A DNA stretch of 47,233 nt from Syntrophomonadaceae bacterium. Its GTDB lineage: Bacteria > Bacillota > Dethiobacteria > DTU022 > UBA8154. Of the stretch, positions 1-8,312 are shown piece by piece. Each line of letters begins with the position of its first letter. Positions within the stretch are counted from its first letter, which is position 1. Both the position numbers and the translations under genes were made by a program. The DNA lies in assembly GCA_007135125.1 (NCBI GenBank), contig SLJK01000050.1, positions 1-47,233 of the forward strand. The letters are read 5' to 3'. A model generated the notes under the pieces. The model did no database searches, was not told the DNA's origin, and was given only the letters and a program-made list of their open reading frames with translations.

Positions 1-2
1 CA

Positions 3-920
3 TCAAAGATTACTCCCGCCACCCTTGAGATGGTTGATATTGCCGGGCTTATAAAGGGAGCAAGCAAGGGAGAAGGTCTCGGAAACCGTTTTCTGGCCAG
101 CATACGTGAGATGGATGTGCTGTTGCATGTGATAAGAGGTTTTAACGCACCAGATGTTTCCCACCTTCCAGGGGAACCCGATCCGGCCAGAGATATTGAA
201 ATTGTGGAAACGGAGCTTATTTTAGCAGATCTGGCTACACTGGACAAGCGGAAAGAGAAGGCTTTGCGGGCCGTAAAGGGAGGGGGGGAGGCAGTCCGGA
301 AAGAGTTGAGCCTGCTGGAGAATTTGTACCGGCACCTTGATGCCGGTAACCCCGCAATTTCCTTTGCTGCCTCAGCGGAAGAGAAATGTGCTATTGCCAG
401 CTGGCAGCTTTTAACTTCTAAACCGGTTATTTATGTGTTTAATATGGGGGAAGAATATTTGCTGGAAGATAATTATCCCCTGGCCAGAGCAGCAAAAAAT
501 ATTGCCGAAAAAAGAAATTCCCCCCTTCTAACTATCTGTGCCGCGCTGGAAGCTGAATTGCTGGACCTTGACCCGGAAGAGAGGGAGGCATACCTGGTAG
601 AATATGGCTTGAAGGAGACAGGGCTGCATACCCTGGTGCAAACCGGTTATGAGCTGCTGGGGCTGGTTACATTTTTTACAATAAAAGGGGAAGAAGCCAG
701 GGCCTGGGCCGTTAAAAGTGGAACTCCTGCCGTTAAAGGGGCGGGTAAGGTTCACAGCGATATGGAAAGAGGCTTTATAGCTGCTGAAGTAATTTCCTGG
801 AAGGACTTGTTAGAAGCAGGTTCACTTGCAGCAGCGAAAGAAAAAGGAATATTGCGAGTGGAAGGCAAGGTGTACATAATCAAGGATGGTGATGTTATTC
901 TTTTCCGTTTTAAGGCATAA
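3..920 (+). CDS. ychF: Redox-regulated ATPase YchF (5' end outside window)
   Basis: Frame open from base 3 (SKITPATLEMVDIAGLIKGASKGEGLGNRFL), C-terminal TGS-type VHSDMERGFIAAEV...DGDVILFRF; usual neighbour of rpsF. Confidence 0.95.
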   Translation, partial: SKITPATLEMVDIAGLIKGASKGEGLGNRFLASIREMDVLLHVIRGFNAPDVSHLPGEPDPARDIEIVETELILADLATLDKRKEKALRAVKGGGEAVRKELSLLENLYRHLDAGNPAISFAASAEEKCAIASWQLLTSKPVIYVFNMGEEYLLEDNYPLARAAKNIAEKRNSPLLTICAALEAELLDLDPEEREAYLVEYGLKETGLHTLVQTGYELLGLVTFFTIKGEEARAWAVKSGTPAVKGAGKVHSDMERGFIAAEVISWKDLLEAGSLAAAKEKGILRVEGKVYIIKDGDVILFRFKA

Positions 921-962
921 ATATATTCAAAAGAGATAGAAAGACAAAAAGGAAGGTTCCTC

Positions 963-1988
963 ATGGCGGAGAAAAGCTTTTCCAATATGGCCAGAATACT
1001 GGCGCTGGTTGTTTTAATAATTGGCCTGGTCTGGTTTTTATATACTATTTCCTGGGTAATTCAACTGGTTGTAATAAGCCTCTTGATTGTATATGTTCTC
1101 TTTCCTATTGCGGAATTTTTGAAAGCACGGTTTCGATTTTCTCACTTTTTTGCCGTGGTAGCCACCTTTGCTTTTTTTGTAATGACTATTTTGTCACTTA
1201 TCGGATTGGTTATACCCATTTTGCAGAGAGAGATCGAAGATATCTTGAGCGATCTTCCATATTATGCGAACCAACTTCAATTTTACATGGCAGAGCTGGT
1301 AGAATACCTGGAAACTTTTAATTTGGGACCTGAGTTGCAGGAAGCTATCATGGGGTTGACCACCAATCTGCAGCCTATCATGGAAGAGGTGGCCACCATA
1401 AGCATCTCTGTGCTTTCCAGTCTCGTTGATATATTTTTTATTTTTTTTATCGTGTTTTACCTCCTCTATGATTTTCACAGTGTCCGCAGCGCCATAATAA
1501 ACATTGTTCCGCAAGCTTACCACGGCCATGCTGAGAAAATTATTAATATAATTGATCTTAATTTCGGCAGCTATATCAGGGGGAATATAGTTCGCTGTGC
1601 TATAGTAGGTCTGCTAACGGGTTCAGTTCTATATATAATCGGCATGCCCTATGCTCTGCTTTTGGGAATCCTGGCCGGTGTTTTGAATATTATATTGTAT
1701 ATTGGCCCTTATTTGGCTGCTATACCGGCGGTGATTTTTAGTATTTCTCCCCTTACACCTCCTCCTTTTGTTATTGTTGTCGCATATGTGGTAATTCAGG
1801 TAATTGATGGAGCGTTGCTGGCACCTTACCTGTTGGGGCGGGCCGTCAAGTTAAAACCTATTACTGTAATTGTGGGATTGTTGATAGGACAACAATTGGC
1901 CGGTTTTTTGGGCATGATACTGTCGACCCCTTTTGCCGGTATTGCCCGTGGTGTTATGATGTATATCCAGGAAGAAAACAAAAGCTGA
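963..1988 (+). CDS. AI-2E (PerM/UPF0118) family transporter
   Basis: 341 aa, multiple hydrophobic helices, family-like LNIILYIGPY, IQVIDG.LLAP.LLG, GFLGMILSTP. Confidence 0.85.
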   Translation: MAEKSFSNMARILALVVLIIGLVWFLYTISWVIQLVVISLLIVYVLFPIAEFLKARFRFSHFFAVVATFAFFVMTILSLIGLVIPILQREIEDILSDLPYYANQLQFYMAELVEYLETFNLGPELQEAIMGLTTNLQPIMEEVATISISVLSSLVDIFFIFFIVFYLLYDFHSVRSAIINIVPQAYHGHAEKIINIIDLNFGSYIRGNIVRCAIVGLLTGSVLYIIGMPYALLLGILAGVLNIILYIGPYLAAIPAVIFSISPLTPPPFVIVVAYVVIQVIDGALLAPYLLGRAVKLKPITVIVGLLIGQQLAGFLGMILSTPFAGIARGVMMYIQEENKS

Positions 1989-2008
1989 CAAGTGTTCAAT
2001 GTAAATGC

Positions 2009-2037
2009 TTGCTTTAAGAAACAGGTTGTGCTATGAT
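2009..2037 (+). promoter_or_regulatory. SigA-type promoter of rpsF-ssb-rpsR-rplI
   Basis: TTGCTT-17 nt-TATGAT with TG extension (TGcTATGAT). Confidence 0.7.
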
Positions 2038-2084
2038 CTGTTCTGCTTTGTTGCAAATATGTGATGTGGTTACAGAAAGCACAA

Positions 2085-2134
2085 TCCCTGCTCCTCTCCC
2101 AGAAGAGGGGCCGAATCAGTCCGAAGGGAGGTGA
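2085..2134 (+). promoter_or_regulatory. S6:S18 ribosomal-protein leader (cis-regulatory RNA)
   Basis: TCCCT (2085) can pair with AGGGA of the SD; inner hairpin CTCCTCT/AGAGGGG is followed by CCG, the architecture of the known S6:S18 autoregulatory leader; lies directly upstream of rpsF. Confidence 0.7.
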
Positions 2135-2140
2135 GAATAA

Positions 2141-2485
2141 ATGCAGTTTTACGAGATAATGTTTATTATCCAGCCTGAATTCGAAGGAGAAGAATTGGAG
2201 AACGCCGTTAGCAGTGTTGCTAATGTACTGGAGAATGAGGGGGCGGAGATCACTTCGATTAAGAAGGTTGGCAAGCGCAGGTTGGCTTATGAGATTAACG
2301 ATATCAAAGAAGGCTATTATATACTTGTATACGTCCAGTCAGGGAGTGATATTGTCCCCGCACTGGACCACTTTTTTAAGGTAAGTGAAGGATACTTGCG
2401 TTATATGGTTGTTCGGCTAAAGGAAGAGATGGCAGTACAGAGCGCGGAGCCTACGCAGAAGGAAGAAAGATTGGAAAGCGAATAA
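2141..2485 (+). CDS. rpsF: 30S ribosomal protein S6
   Basis: YEIMFII.P, GKRRLAYEI, EGYY motifs; SD GGGAGGTGA. Confidence 0.97.
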   Translation: MQFYEIMFIIQPEFEGEELENAVSSVANVLENEGAEITSIKKVGKRRLAYEINDIKEGYYILVYVQSGSDIVPALDHFFKVSEGYLRYMVVRLKEEMAVQSAEPTQKEERLESE

Positions 2486-2589
2486 ATAGTACGATTCTTT
2501 GATGCAGATAATCTATAAATCTACTATGCTTCCACAACTGACAGGTTTCACCCCTGGTTAAAAAATTATAAACGGAGGCGGTGGAGATT

Positions 2590-2997
2590 ATGTTAAATCA
2601 AGTAGTTCTGATCGGTAGGCTTGCACGAGACCCGGAGTTAAAGTATACAGCTGCGGAAGGAGTGCCTTTAGTTAACTTTACGATCGCTGTGGACAGATTT
2701 ACTCCTAACCAGGCTGGGGAAAAGGAAGCTGATTTTATTAGGATCCTGGCCTGGAGAAAACAAGCGGAAAACTGTGCAACATACCTGAGCAAAGGCAATA
2801 AAGTGGCTGTTGAAGGGCGTTTACAGGTTCGCAGCTACGACGATAAAGAGGGAGTCAGGCGCAGCATAGCTGAAGTGGTGGCCAGAAGAGTCGTTTTTCT
2901 GGAAAGTAGAAAGGATGCGGATCAGGGATCTAAGGATGATTATGATTCATTTAATAAAGAGGATGCAGAAGTAAGTGATGATGATGTCCCTTTTTAA
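2590..2997 (+). CDS. ssb: Single-stranded DNA-binding protein
   Basis: MLNQVVLIGRLARDPEL...VEGRLQ.RSY, acidic tail DDDVPF; ATG 2590 preferred over GTG 2581. Confidence 0.97.
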   Translation: MLNQVVLIGRLARDPELKYTAAEGVPLVNFTIAVDRFTPNQAGEKEADFIRILAWRKQAENCATYLSKGNKVAVEGRLQVRSYDDKEGVRRSIAEVVARRVVFLESRKDADQGSKDDYDSFNKEDAEVSDDDVPF

Positions 2998-3074
2998 ATA
3001 ATCAATAGCGGATAAATTAAGTAGAAATAGCCTTAAAGGATGTTGTTTCAACACGGCAAAGGAGGGCTGGATAT

Positions 3075-3302
3075 ATGCGCAGAGAAAAACGCAAAGGCAA
3101 AAAAAAGGTCTGTGCTTTTTGTGTGGATAAAGTTGAATATATAGATTATAAGCAGAATGAAAGGCTGCGTCGTTTTCTTACGGAGCGGGGCAAGATCCTC
3201 CCCAGGCGTATTTCGGGGAATTGCGCCAAGCATCAGCGACAGCTAACTACTGCTATTAAAAGAGCACGGCAGATGGCTTTGCTGCCCTATACCTCAGAAT
3301 AG
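3075..3302 (+). CDS. rpsR: 30S ribosomal protein S18 (Zn-binding form)
   Basis: CAFC...IDYK...[23 protein letters not shown]. Confidence 0.97.
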   Translation: MRREKRKGKKKVCAFCVDKVEYIDYKQNERLRRFLTERGKILPRRISGNCAKHQRQLTTAIKRARQMALLPYTSE

Positions 3303-3333
3303 CAGTATTATTGACGGGAAGGAGCTGAGCATT

Positions 3334-3780
3334 ATGAAAGTTATATTAAATGAAAATATACCCAACCTGGGCGAGAAAGGGGAAATTAAGGATGTAGCTC
3401 CTGGCTATGCACGAAATTACCTTATTCCCAAAAAAATGGCCCTGGAGGTTACACCGGGAAGACTCAAGGATCTGCAGATGAAGGAAGAGCAAAATGCCAG
3501 GAAAGCTGCCAGAGAGATTGAGATGGCAAAAGAGCTGGGAGAAAAGATTGAAGGAAGAAGTTTTACAATGAAAGTCAAAGCTGGAGAGGAAGGGCGTCTT
3601 TTTGGCTCAGTTACCTCAGGTGACATTGCTGGAGCACTGGAAGTTGAGGGAATAAAGGTTGATAAGAAAAAAATTGCTCTGGATGATCCGATTAAAACTT
3701 TAGGCACTTTTGAACTTCAAGTGAAGCTTCATCCACAGGTTTCTGTCCCCATAACAGTGATAGTGGAAAGCACTTCATAA
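3334..3780 (+). CDS. rplI: 50S ribosomal protein L9
   Basis: MKVIL...GYARNYLIP, GRLFGSVT, IKTLG. Confidence 0.97.
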   Translation: MKVILNENIPNLGEKGEIKDVAPGYARNYLIPKKMALEVTPGRLKDLQMKEEQNARKAAREIEMAKELGEKIEGRSFTMKVKAGEEGRLFGSVTSGDIAGALEVEGIKVDKKKIALDDPIKTLGTFELQVKLHPQVSVPITVIVESTS

Positions 3781-3852
3781 AGTGCTTGATGATGAAGTTT
3801 GTAGCTCCCCCGCTTATAATGGGATTTTTGCTTGCTAAAGGGGAAGATGGTT

Positions 3853-5193
3853 ATGAAAGATTCTGCCGGGCGTCTGCCTCCTCAAAATATTGAAGCGGAG
3901 CAATCTGTCCTGGGCTCCATGCTTATCGACAAAGAGGCTATGGTTGAGGTCGCAGAGATGCTTGCAGGGGATGATTTTTATCGTGAGGCTCACCAGCATA
4001 TTTTCCATTCCATCCTGGCACTTGCCGATAAAGGTGAGCCAGTTGACCTGGTAACTATTTGTGAAGAAATGGAGAACAAGGATTTGCTGGATAAGGCAGG
4101 TGGAGCGGCATACCTGGCCTCGATAGCTAATGCCACACCTACCGCAGCTCACGCGTCGTACTATGCGGAAATAGTCAAAGAAAAATCGATCCTGCGCCGT
4201 CTTATTAACGCTGCTACGGAAATTGTTCGCAAAAGTTACGGGTATATTGAAAATATTGAAGAGTTTATCGATGAGACAGAGCAGCTTATTTTTGATGTGG
4301 CCCGCAGCAAGGAAACCCAGAGCTTTACCCACCTGCGGGAGGCTCTGGAGCAGACTTTCGAAAAATTAGAAAAGCTTTACGAGAGGAAAAGTGGGGTAAC
4401 CGGTCTTTCAACAGGGTTTACAGATTTAAACAACCTCACTTCTGGTTTCCAGGATTCGGATCTGATTATTGTTGCTGCTCGCCCCAGTATGGGTAAAACT
4501 ACGCTGGGGTTAAATATTGCCCATCATATTGCCCTGCAAGAGGAAGCACCGGTTGCTTTTTTTAGCCTGGAGATGTCCAGGGAGCAGCTGGCTCAGCGCC
4601 TGTTATGTTCAGCCGCCGAAATTGATGCTCAGCGACTGCGCAGGGGGTTTCTTTCGTCGGAAGATTGGCCGCGCCTGACCCAGGCTGTTGGACCTCTTTC
4701 CGAATCCCCCTTTTTTATTGATGATACAGCAGGCATTTCAGTGATGGAGATGAGGGCCAAGGCGAGGCGTTTAAAAATGGAAAAAGGTCTTTCAGCAGTT
4801 TTTGTCGACTACCTGCAGTTAATGCGAGGCCACGAGAGGCTGGAAAACCGGCAGCAGGAGATTTCTTCCATATCGCGTTCGTTGAAGGCATTGGCCAAAG
4901 AATTGAACTGCCCTGTTATTGCTCTTTCCCAGTTAAGCAGGGCGGTGGAACAACGTAATGATAAGCGGCCTATTTTGAGTGATCTTCTGGAATCGGGAGG
5001 CATTGAAGCTAATGCAGACCTGGTCCTATTTATTTATCGGGATGATTATTATAATCCGGAAACCGAGAAAAAACACATCACCGAGATAATAGTTTCCAAG
5101 CAGAGGAACGGCCCTACCGGGAAAATAGAACTTTATTTTATGGATCATTTCAACAAATTTGTCAACCTGGCCTCCCGGGAAGAAGCGGGATAA
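3853..5193 (+). CDS. dnaB: Replicative DNA helicase
   Basis: PPQNIEAEQSVLG, Walker A AARPSMGKT, FSLEM, DYLQL, LSQLSR, KQRNGPTG; start ATG 3853 (or 3847). Confidence 0.96.
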   Translation: MKDSAGRLPPQNIEAEQSVLGSMLIDKEAMVEVAEMLAGDDFYREAHQHIFHSILALADKGEPVDLVTICEEMENKDLLDKAGGAAYLASIANATPTAAHASYYAEIVKEKSILRRLINAATEIVRKSYGYIENIEEFIDETEQLIFDVARSKETQSFTHLREALEQTFEKLEKLYERKSGVTGLSTGFTDLNNLTSGFQDSDLIIVAARPSMGKTTLGLNIAHHIALQEEAPVAFFSLEMSREQLAQRLLCSAAEIDAQRLRRGFLSSEDWPRLTQAVGPLSESPFFIDDTAGISVMEMRAKARRLKMEKGLSAVFVDYLQLMRGHERLENRQQEISSISRSLKALAKELNCPVIALSQLSRAVEQRNDKRPILSDLLESGGIEANADLVLFIYRDDYYNPETEKKHITEIIVSKQRNGPTGKIELYFMDHFNKFVNLASREEAG

Positions 5194-5245
5194 GTAGCGG
5201 TATAGTTAACAAGCATGATCATTTTTGGTAAAGGTGGAAAAGGAT

Positions 5246-6628
5246 TTGAGTAAGGATTATGAAGTAATTATAATCGGTGCAGGACCGGCGGGTATATTTG
5301 CAGCCCTTTCCCTTGTGGAGAAGGGCTTAAATGTTCTTATCCTGGAAAAAGGCGCTCCTTTAGAAGAAAGAAGCTGCCCCAGGAAAGAGGGCTATTGTTC
5401 AAACTGCAGTTGTTGCGGAGTGCTGAACGGTTGGGGCGGAGCAGGTGCTTTTAGTGATGGCAAGCTAACTTTTTCACCTGAATTTGGGGGTAATCTCAAG
5501 CAATTTATTGATGATGAAAAGGAGCTTCAGGAACTTTTTCAGCAGGTAGATAAAATTTTTCTTGAACATGGCGCCCCTGCCGAAATATATGGAGCTGATG
5601 ATGCTGCAGTCCGAGAACTGCGCCGCCGTGCTTCAGCAGTGGATATAGAGTTTATTCCTGCTCCGATCAGGCACCTGGGCACGGAGAACTGTTACCGGGT
5701 TTTGCAGGACATCAGCACTACGCTGCAAAATAAATGCATCATAAGATTCCGTTCAATGGTGCAGCAGATCCTGGTGGAAAATGAAATGGTAACAGGTGTA
5801 AAGTTAGAAAGTGGGGAAATATTTTCCGCTCCCTGCGTTATCTGTGGGCCAGGAAGACAGGGAACTCCATGGTTTTTGCAGGAGTCGCAGCGTCTGGGGC
5901 TCACTATTCAAAATAACCCGGTGGATATCGGGGTAAGAGTGGAAATTCCAGCCTGGGTGATGGAAGATATTACTTCTAAGGTTTATGAATCAAAATTTCA
6001 CTATTATGCTCCTTTTTTCGATGACAAGGTCAGGACTTTTTGCATGAATCCTTACGGGCAGGTTGTTTTGGAGAACAGTGAAGGAGTAATTACAGTAAAC
6101 GGTCACAGCTACAGGGATAAGTTGCGGCACAGCGAAAATACCAATTTTGCCCTTTTGGTAAGCAAGAATTTTACAGAGCCTTTTAGAGAGCCAATCCGCT
6201 ATGGAAGATATATCGCCAGTTTGGCTAATATGCTGGGAGGGGGTGTGCTGGTTCAGAGACTGGGAGACCTTCTGGCTGGAAAACGTACTACCGGGGAGCG
6301 ACTCGCAAAAGGTATTGTGAAGCCAACCTTACAGGAGGCTACCCCCGGTGACCTCAGCCTGGTATTGCCGTACCGGTATCTTCGTTCTATTCTGGAGATG
6401 TTGGAAGCGCTGGACCGGTTGGCACCAGGCGTATATTCTCGCAACACTCTGCTATATGGAGTGGAAGTAAAATTTTATTCTCATCGCCTGGAATTAAGCA
6501 CCTCCCTGGAAACAGAGGTTGAAAACCTTTTTGCAGTAGGAGACGGCGCAGGTATAACCAGAGGGCTTGTTCAAGCTTCGGCTTCAGGCTTGTTGGCTGC
6601 AGGCGAGATTATCAGGCGCTTGCGATAA
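5246..6628 (+). CDS. FAD-dependent oxidoreductase/dehydrogenase with N-terminal Cys cluster
   Basis: GAGPAG Rossmann motif, CPx5CxxCxxC, GGAGAFSDGK, VRTFCMNP, GDGAGITRG; TTG 5246 chosen from SD spacing (ORF track 5225). Confidence 0.8.
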   Translation: MSKDYEVIIIGAGPAGIFAALSLVEKGLNVLILEKGAPLEERSCPRKEGYCSNCSCCGVLNGWGGAGAFSDGKLTFSPEFGGNLKQFIDDEKELQELFQQVDKIFLEHGAPAEIYGADDAAVRELRRRASAVDIEFIPAPIRHLGTENCYRVLQDISTTLQNKCIIRFRSMVQQILVENEMVTGVKLESGEIFSAPCVICGPGRQGTPWFLQESQRLGLTIQNNPVDIGVRVEIPAWVMEDITSKVYESKFHYYAPFFDDKVRTFCMNPYGQVVLENSEGVITVNGHSYRDKLRHSENTNFALLVSKNFTEPFREPIRYGRYIASLANMLGGGVLVQRLGDLLAGKRTTGERLAKGIVKPTLQEATPGDLSLVLPYRYLRSILEMLEALDRLAPGVYSRNTLLYGVEVKFYSHRLELSTSLETEVENLFAVGDGAGITRGLVQASASGLLAAGEIIRRLR

Positions 6629-6663
6629 AGTAGGTTAATAAAAAATCGAGGTGAAAGAAGCGG

Positions 6664-7941
6664 ATGGATTATGCAGCGGTAGCTGTTATAGGTACCCAGT
6701 GGGGAGATGAAGGAAAGGGCAAAATAGTAGATTACCTGGTGGAAAAAGCCGATGTGATTGTGCGCTACCAGGGTGGTCCAAATGCCGGCCATACTGTAGT
6801 GGTCGGAGAAGAAACTTATAAACTGCATCATCTGCCCTGTGGGGTAATTTCGGAAGGAAAAATTTCTATTCTGGGAAATGGTATGGTACTGGATGCTGTT
6901 ACCCTTTGCTCAGAATTGGAGGCCATGGAAGAGAAGCGAAGTATGCAGGAGCATCTTTTTATAAGCGATAGGGCACACCTTATAATGCCTTATCATAAAA
7001 GAATGGACGAGCTGGAAGAAGATTATAGAAAGGGAGCCAAAATCGGAACCACCATGAGGGGGGTTGGCCCAGCTTATGCCGATAAGGTTACACGTATGGG
7101 CCTGCGCTGTGGGGACCTTTTGGATGAGGATACTTTCAAGCAAAAGCTTGCGTTTATCTTGAAAAATAAAAACACAATCCTAGAAAAGATTTACGGAGTG
7201 GACGGTTTTTCACTGGAAGATTTTGAAGCGGAATTTTTTCCTTTTGCAAGACGTATTGTCCCTTTTATAACCGACACAACCGTTATGCTGGAGGAAGAAA
7301 TGGAAAAGGGTTCCAAAATTCTATTTGAAGGCGCTCAGGGAGCCATGCTTGATATAGATCACGGCACTTACCCCTATGTTACTTCTTCCAACCCGATAAC
7401 TGGAGGGATATGCATAGGTGCTGGAATCGCACCCCATAAAATTGGTCAAGTTGTAGGGGTGGCCAAGGCCTATAGCACCAGGGTCGGCAGTGGGCCGTTC
7501 CCAACCGAATTACTGGATGAGACAGGTGACAGTATACGCGAAAAGGGCAACGAGTACGGTACAACTACAGGACGCCCCAGAAGAATAGGTTGGTTAGATG
7601 GTGTTGCGTTACGCCATTCTTGTCGTCTTAACGGAACAACCTTTTTGGCGGTAACTTTGCTGGATGTACTTAGCGGGTTGGAAAAGGTTAAGATTGCCTA
7701 TGCCTATAATGTTGGTGAAGAGGTTGTCAATAATTTCCCGTCAGGTTTGCATATATTGGAAAAAAGTATTCCCCTTTACCAGGAATTTGAGGGGTGGGCG
7801 GAAGATATTTCTTCGGCCAGGTCCAAAACAGATCTTCCCCGGGCAGCTCAAGAATATTTGAGAGGTTTAGAAAGTATCACCGGGATAAAAGTGGGTATGG
7901 TTTCTGTAGGCCCTAGAAGGGATCAGACCATAATGATGTAA
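6664..7941 (+). CDS. purA: Adenylosuccinate synthetase
   Basis: QWGDEGKGK, GGPNAGHT, EGAQG, GTYPYVTSS, GTTTGRPRR. Confidence 0.98.
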   Translation: MDYAAVAVIGTQWGDEGKGKIVDYLVEKADVIVRYQGGPNAGHTVVVGEETYKLHHLPCGVISEGKISILGNGMVLDAVTLCSELEAMEEKRSMQEHLFISDRAHLIMPYHKRMDELEEDYRKGAKIGTTMRGVGPAYADKVTRMGLRCGDLLDEDTFKQKLAFILKNKNTILEKIYGVDGFSLEDFEAEFFPFARRIVPFITDTTVMLEEEMEKGSKILFEGAQGAMLDIDHGTYPYVTSSNPITGGICIGAGIAPHKIGQVVGVAKAYSTRVGSGPFPTELLDETGDSIREKGNEYGTTTGRPRRIGWLDGVALRHSCRLNGTTFLAVTLLDVLSGLEKVKIAYAYNVGEEVVNNFPSGLHILEKSIPLYQEFEGWAEDISSARSKTDLPRAAQEYLRGLESITGIKVGMVSVGPRRDQTIMM

Positions 7942-7998
7942 CTTGGTTATAAATACAAATAGGGCTTCCTGAACTGCCCACGAATTCCTATAAACACT

Positions 7999-8115
7999 AG
8001 CACGGGTACGCATCTCCATTTTGAAGTTCTGACAGGTGGAGCACATGGAACTACCTACAATCCCTTAGATTTCTTTGCACTTGACGAGAAAAAGGCTTAT
8101 GTAACCAGAAAATAA
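7999..8115 (+). pseudogene. C-terminal remnant of an M23 metallopeptidase gene
   Basis: Translates STGTHLHFEVLTGGAHGTTYNPLDFF...*, matching the M23 STGPHLHFEV...NP signature; in-frame TAG at 7960-7962 and no start codon. Confidence 0.7.
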
Positions 8116-8121
8116 AATTAA

Positions 8122-8138
8122 TGTAACATTCCTGTAAC
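8122..8138 (+). promoter_or_regulatory. WalR binding box
   Basis: TGTAAC-ATTCC-TGTAAC equals the TGTWAH-N5-TGTWAH consensus; a third TGTAAC at 8100-8105 is in 11-bp phase; lies just upstream of walR. Confidence 0.75.
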
Positions 8139-8158
8139 ATTTTGCCTGTATCATATTC

Positions 8159-8216
8159 TTAAGAGTTGACCCCCTCTTAATATATATTGTAAGTGGCCAG
8201 AAGGCCACTTTTTTTT
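8159..8216 (+). ncRNA. Candidate small RNA with C-rich loop
   Basis: Possible -10 TATCAT (8149-8154) after the WalR box; hairpin TTAAGAG/CTCTTAA with loop TTGACCCC, AT-rich linker, then intrinsic terminator; no ORF. Confidence 0.5.
8191..8216 (+). terminator. Intrinsic terminator
   Basis: AAGTGGCC-AGAA-GGCCACTT followed by T-run. Confidence 0.85.
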
Positions 8217-8248
8217 GTCCTTCTTTTTTTAGAATCTTTCGCCCTGTT

Positions 8249-8276
8249 GCAGGAGTTCGGCAGATATGGACGAAAT
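8249..8276 (+). promoter_or_regulatory. Possible SigH-type promoter for walR
   Basis: GCAGGAGTT-11 nt-GACGAAAT resembles RNAGGAWWW-(11-12)-RNNGAAT; lies downstream of the terminator. Confidence 0.35.
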
Positions 8277-8312
8277 AATTATGGTAAGTAACGAAGCAGG
8301 GGGCCGATTAAA

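Noticed and set aside
3768-3787. AAGCACTT-CATA-AAGTGCTT hairpin over the rplI stop
   Set aside because: No U-tract, so not called as a terminator; function unsupported.
3853-5193. Intein in dnaB
   Set aside because: Normal length and continuous helicase motifs.
7960-8000. IS end or scar (TAG...AAACACTAG) at the M23 deletion junction
   Set aside because: No transposase, partner inverted repeat or second copy noticed; too short to call.
8166-8188. TTGACC...TATATT as a SigA promoter for walR
   Set aside because: Spacer is only 11 nt, and a terminator follows immediately.
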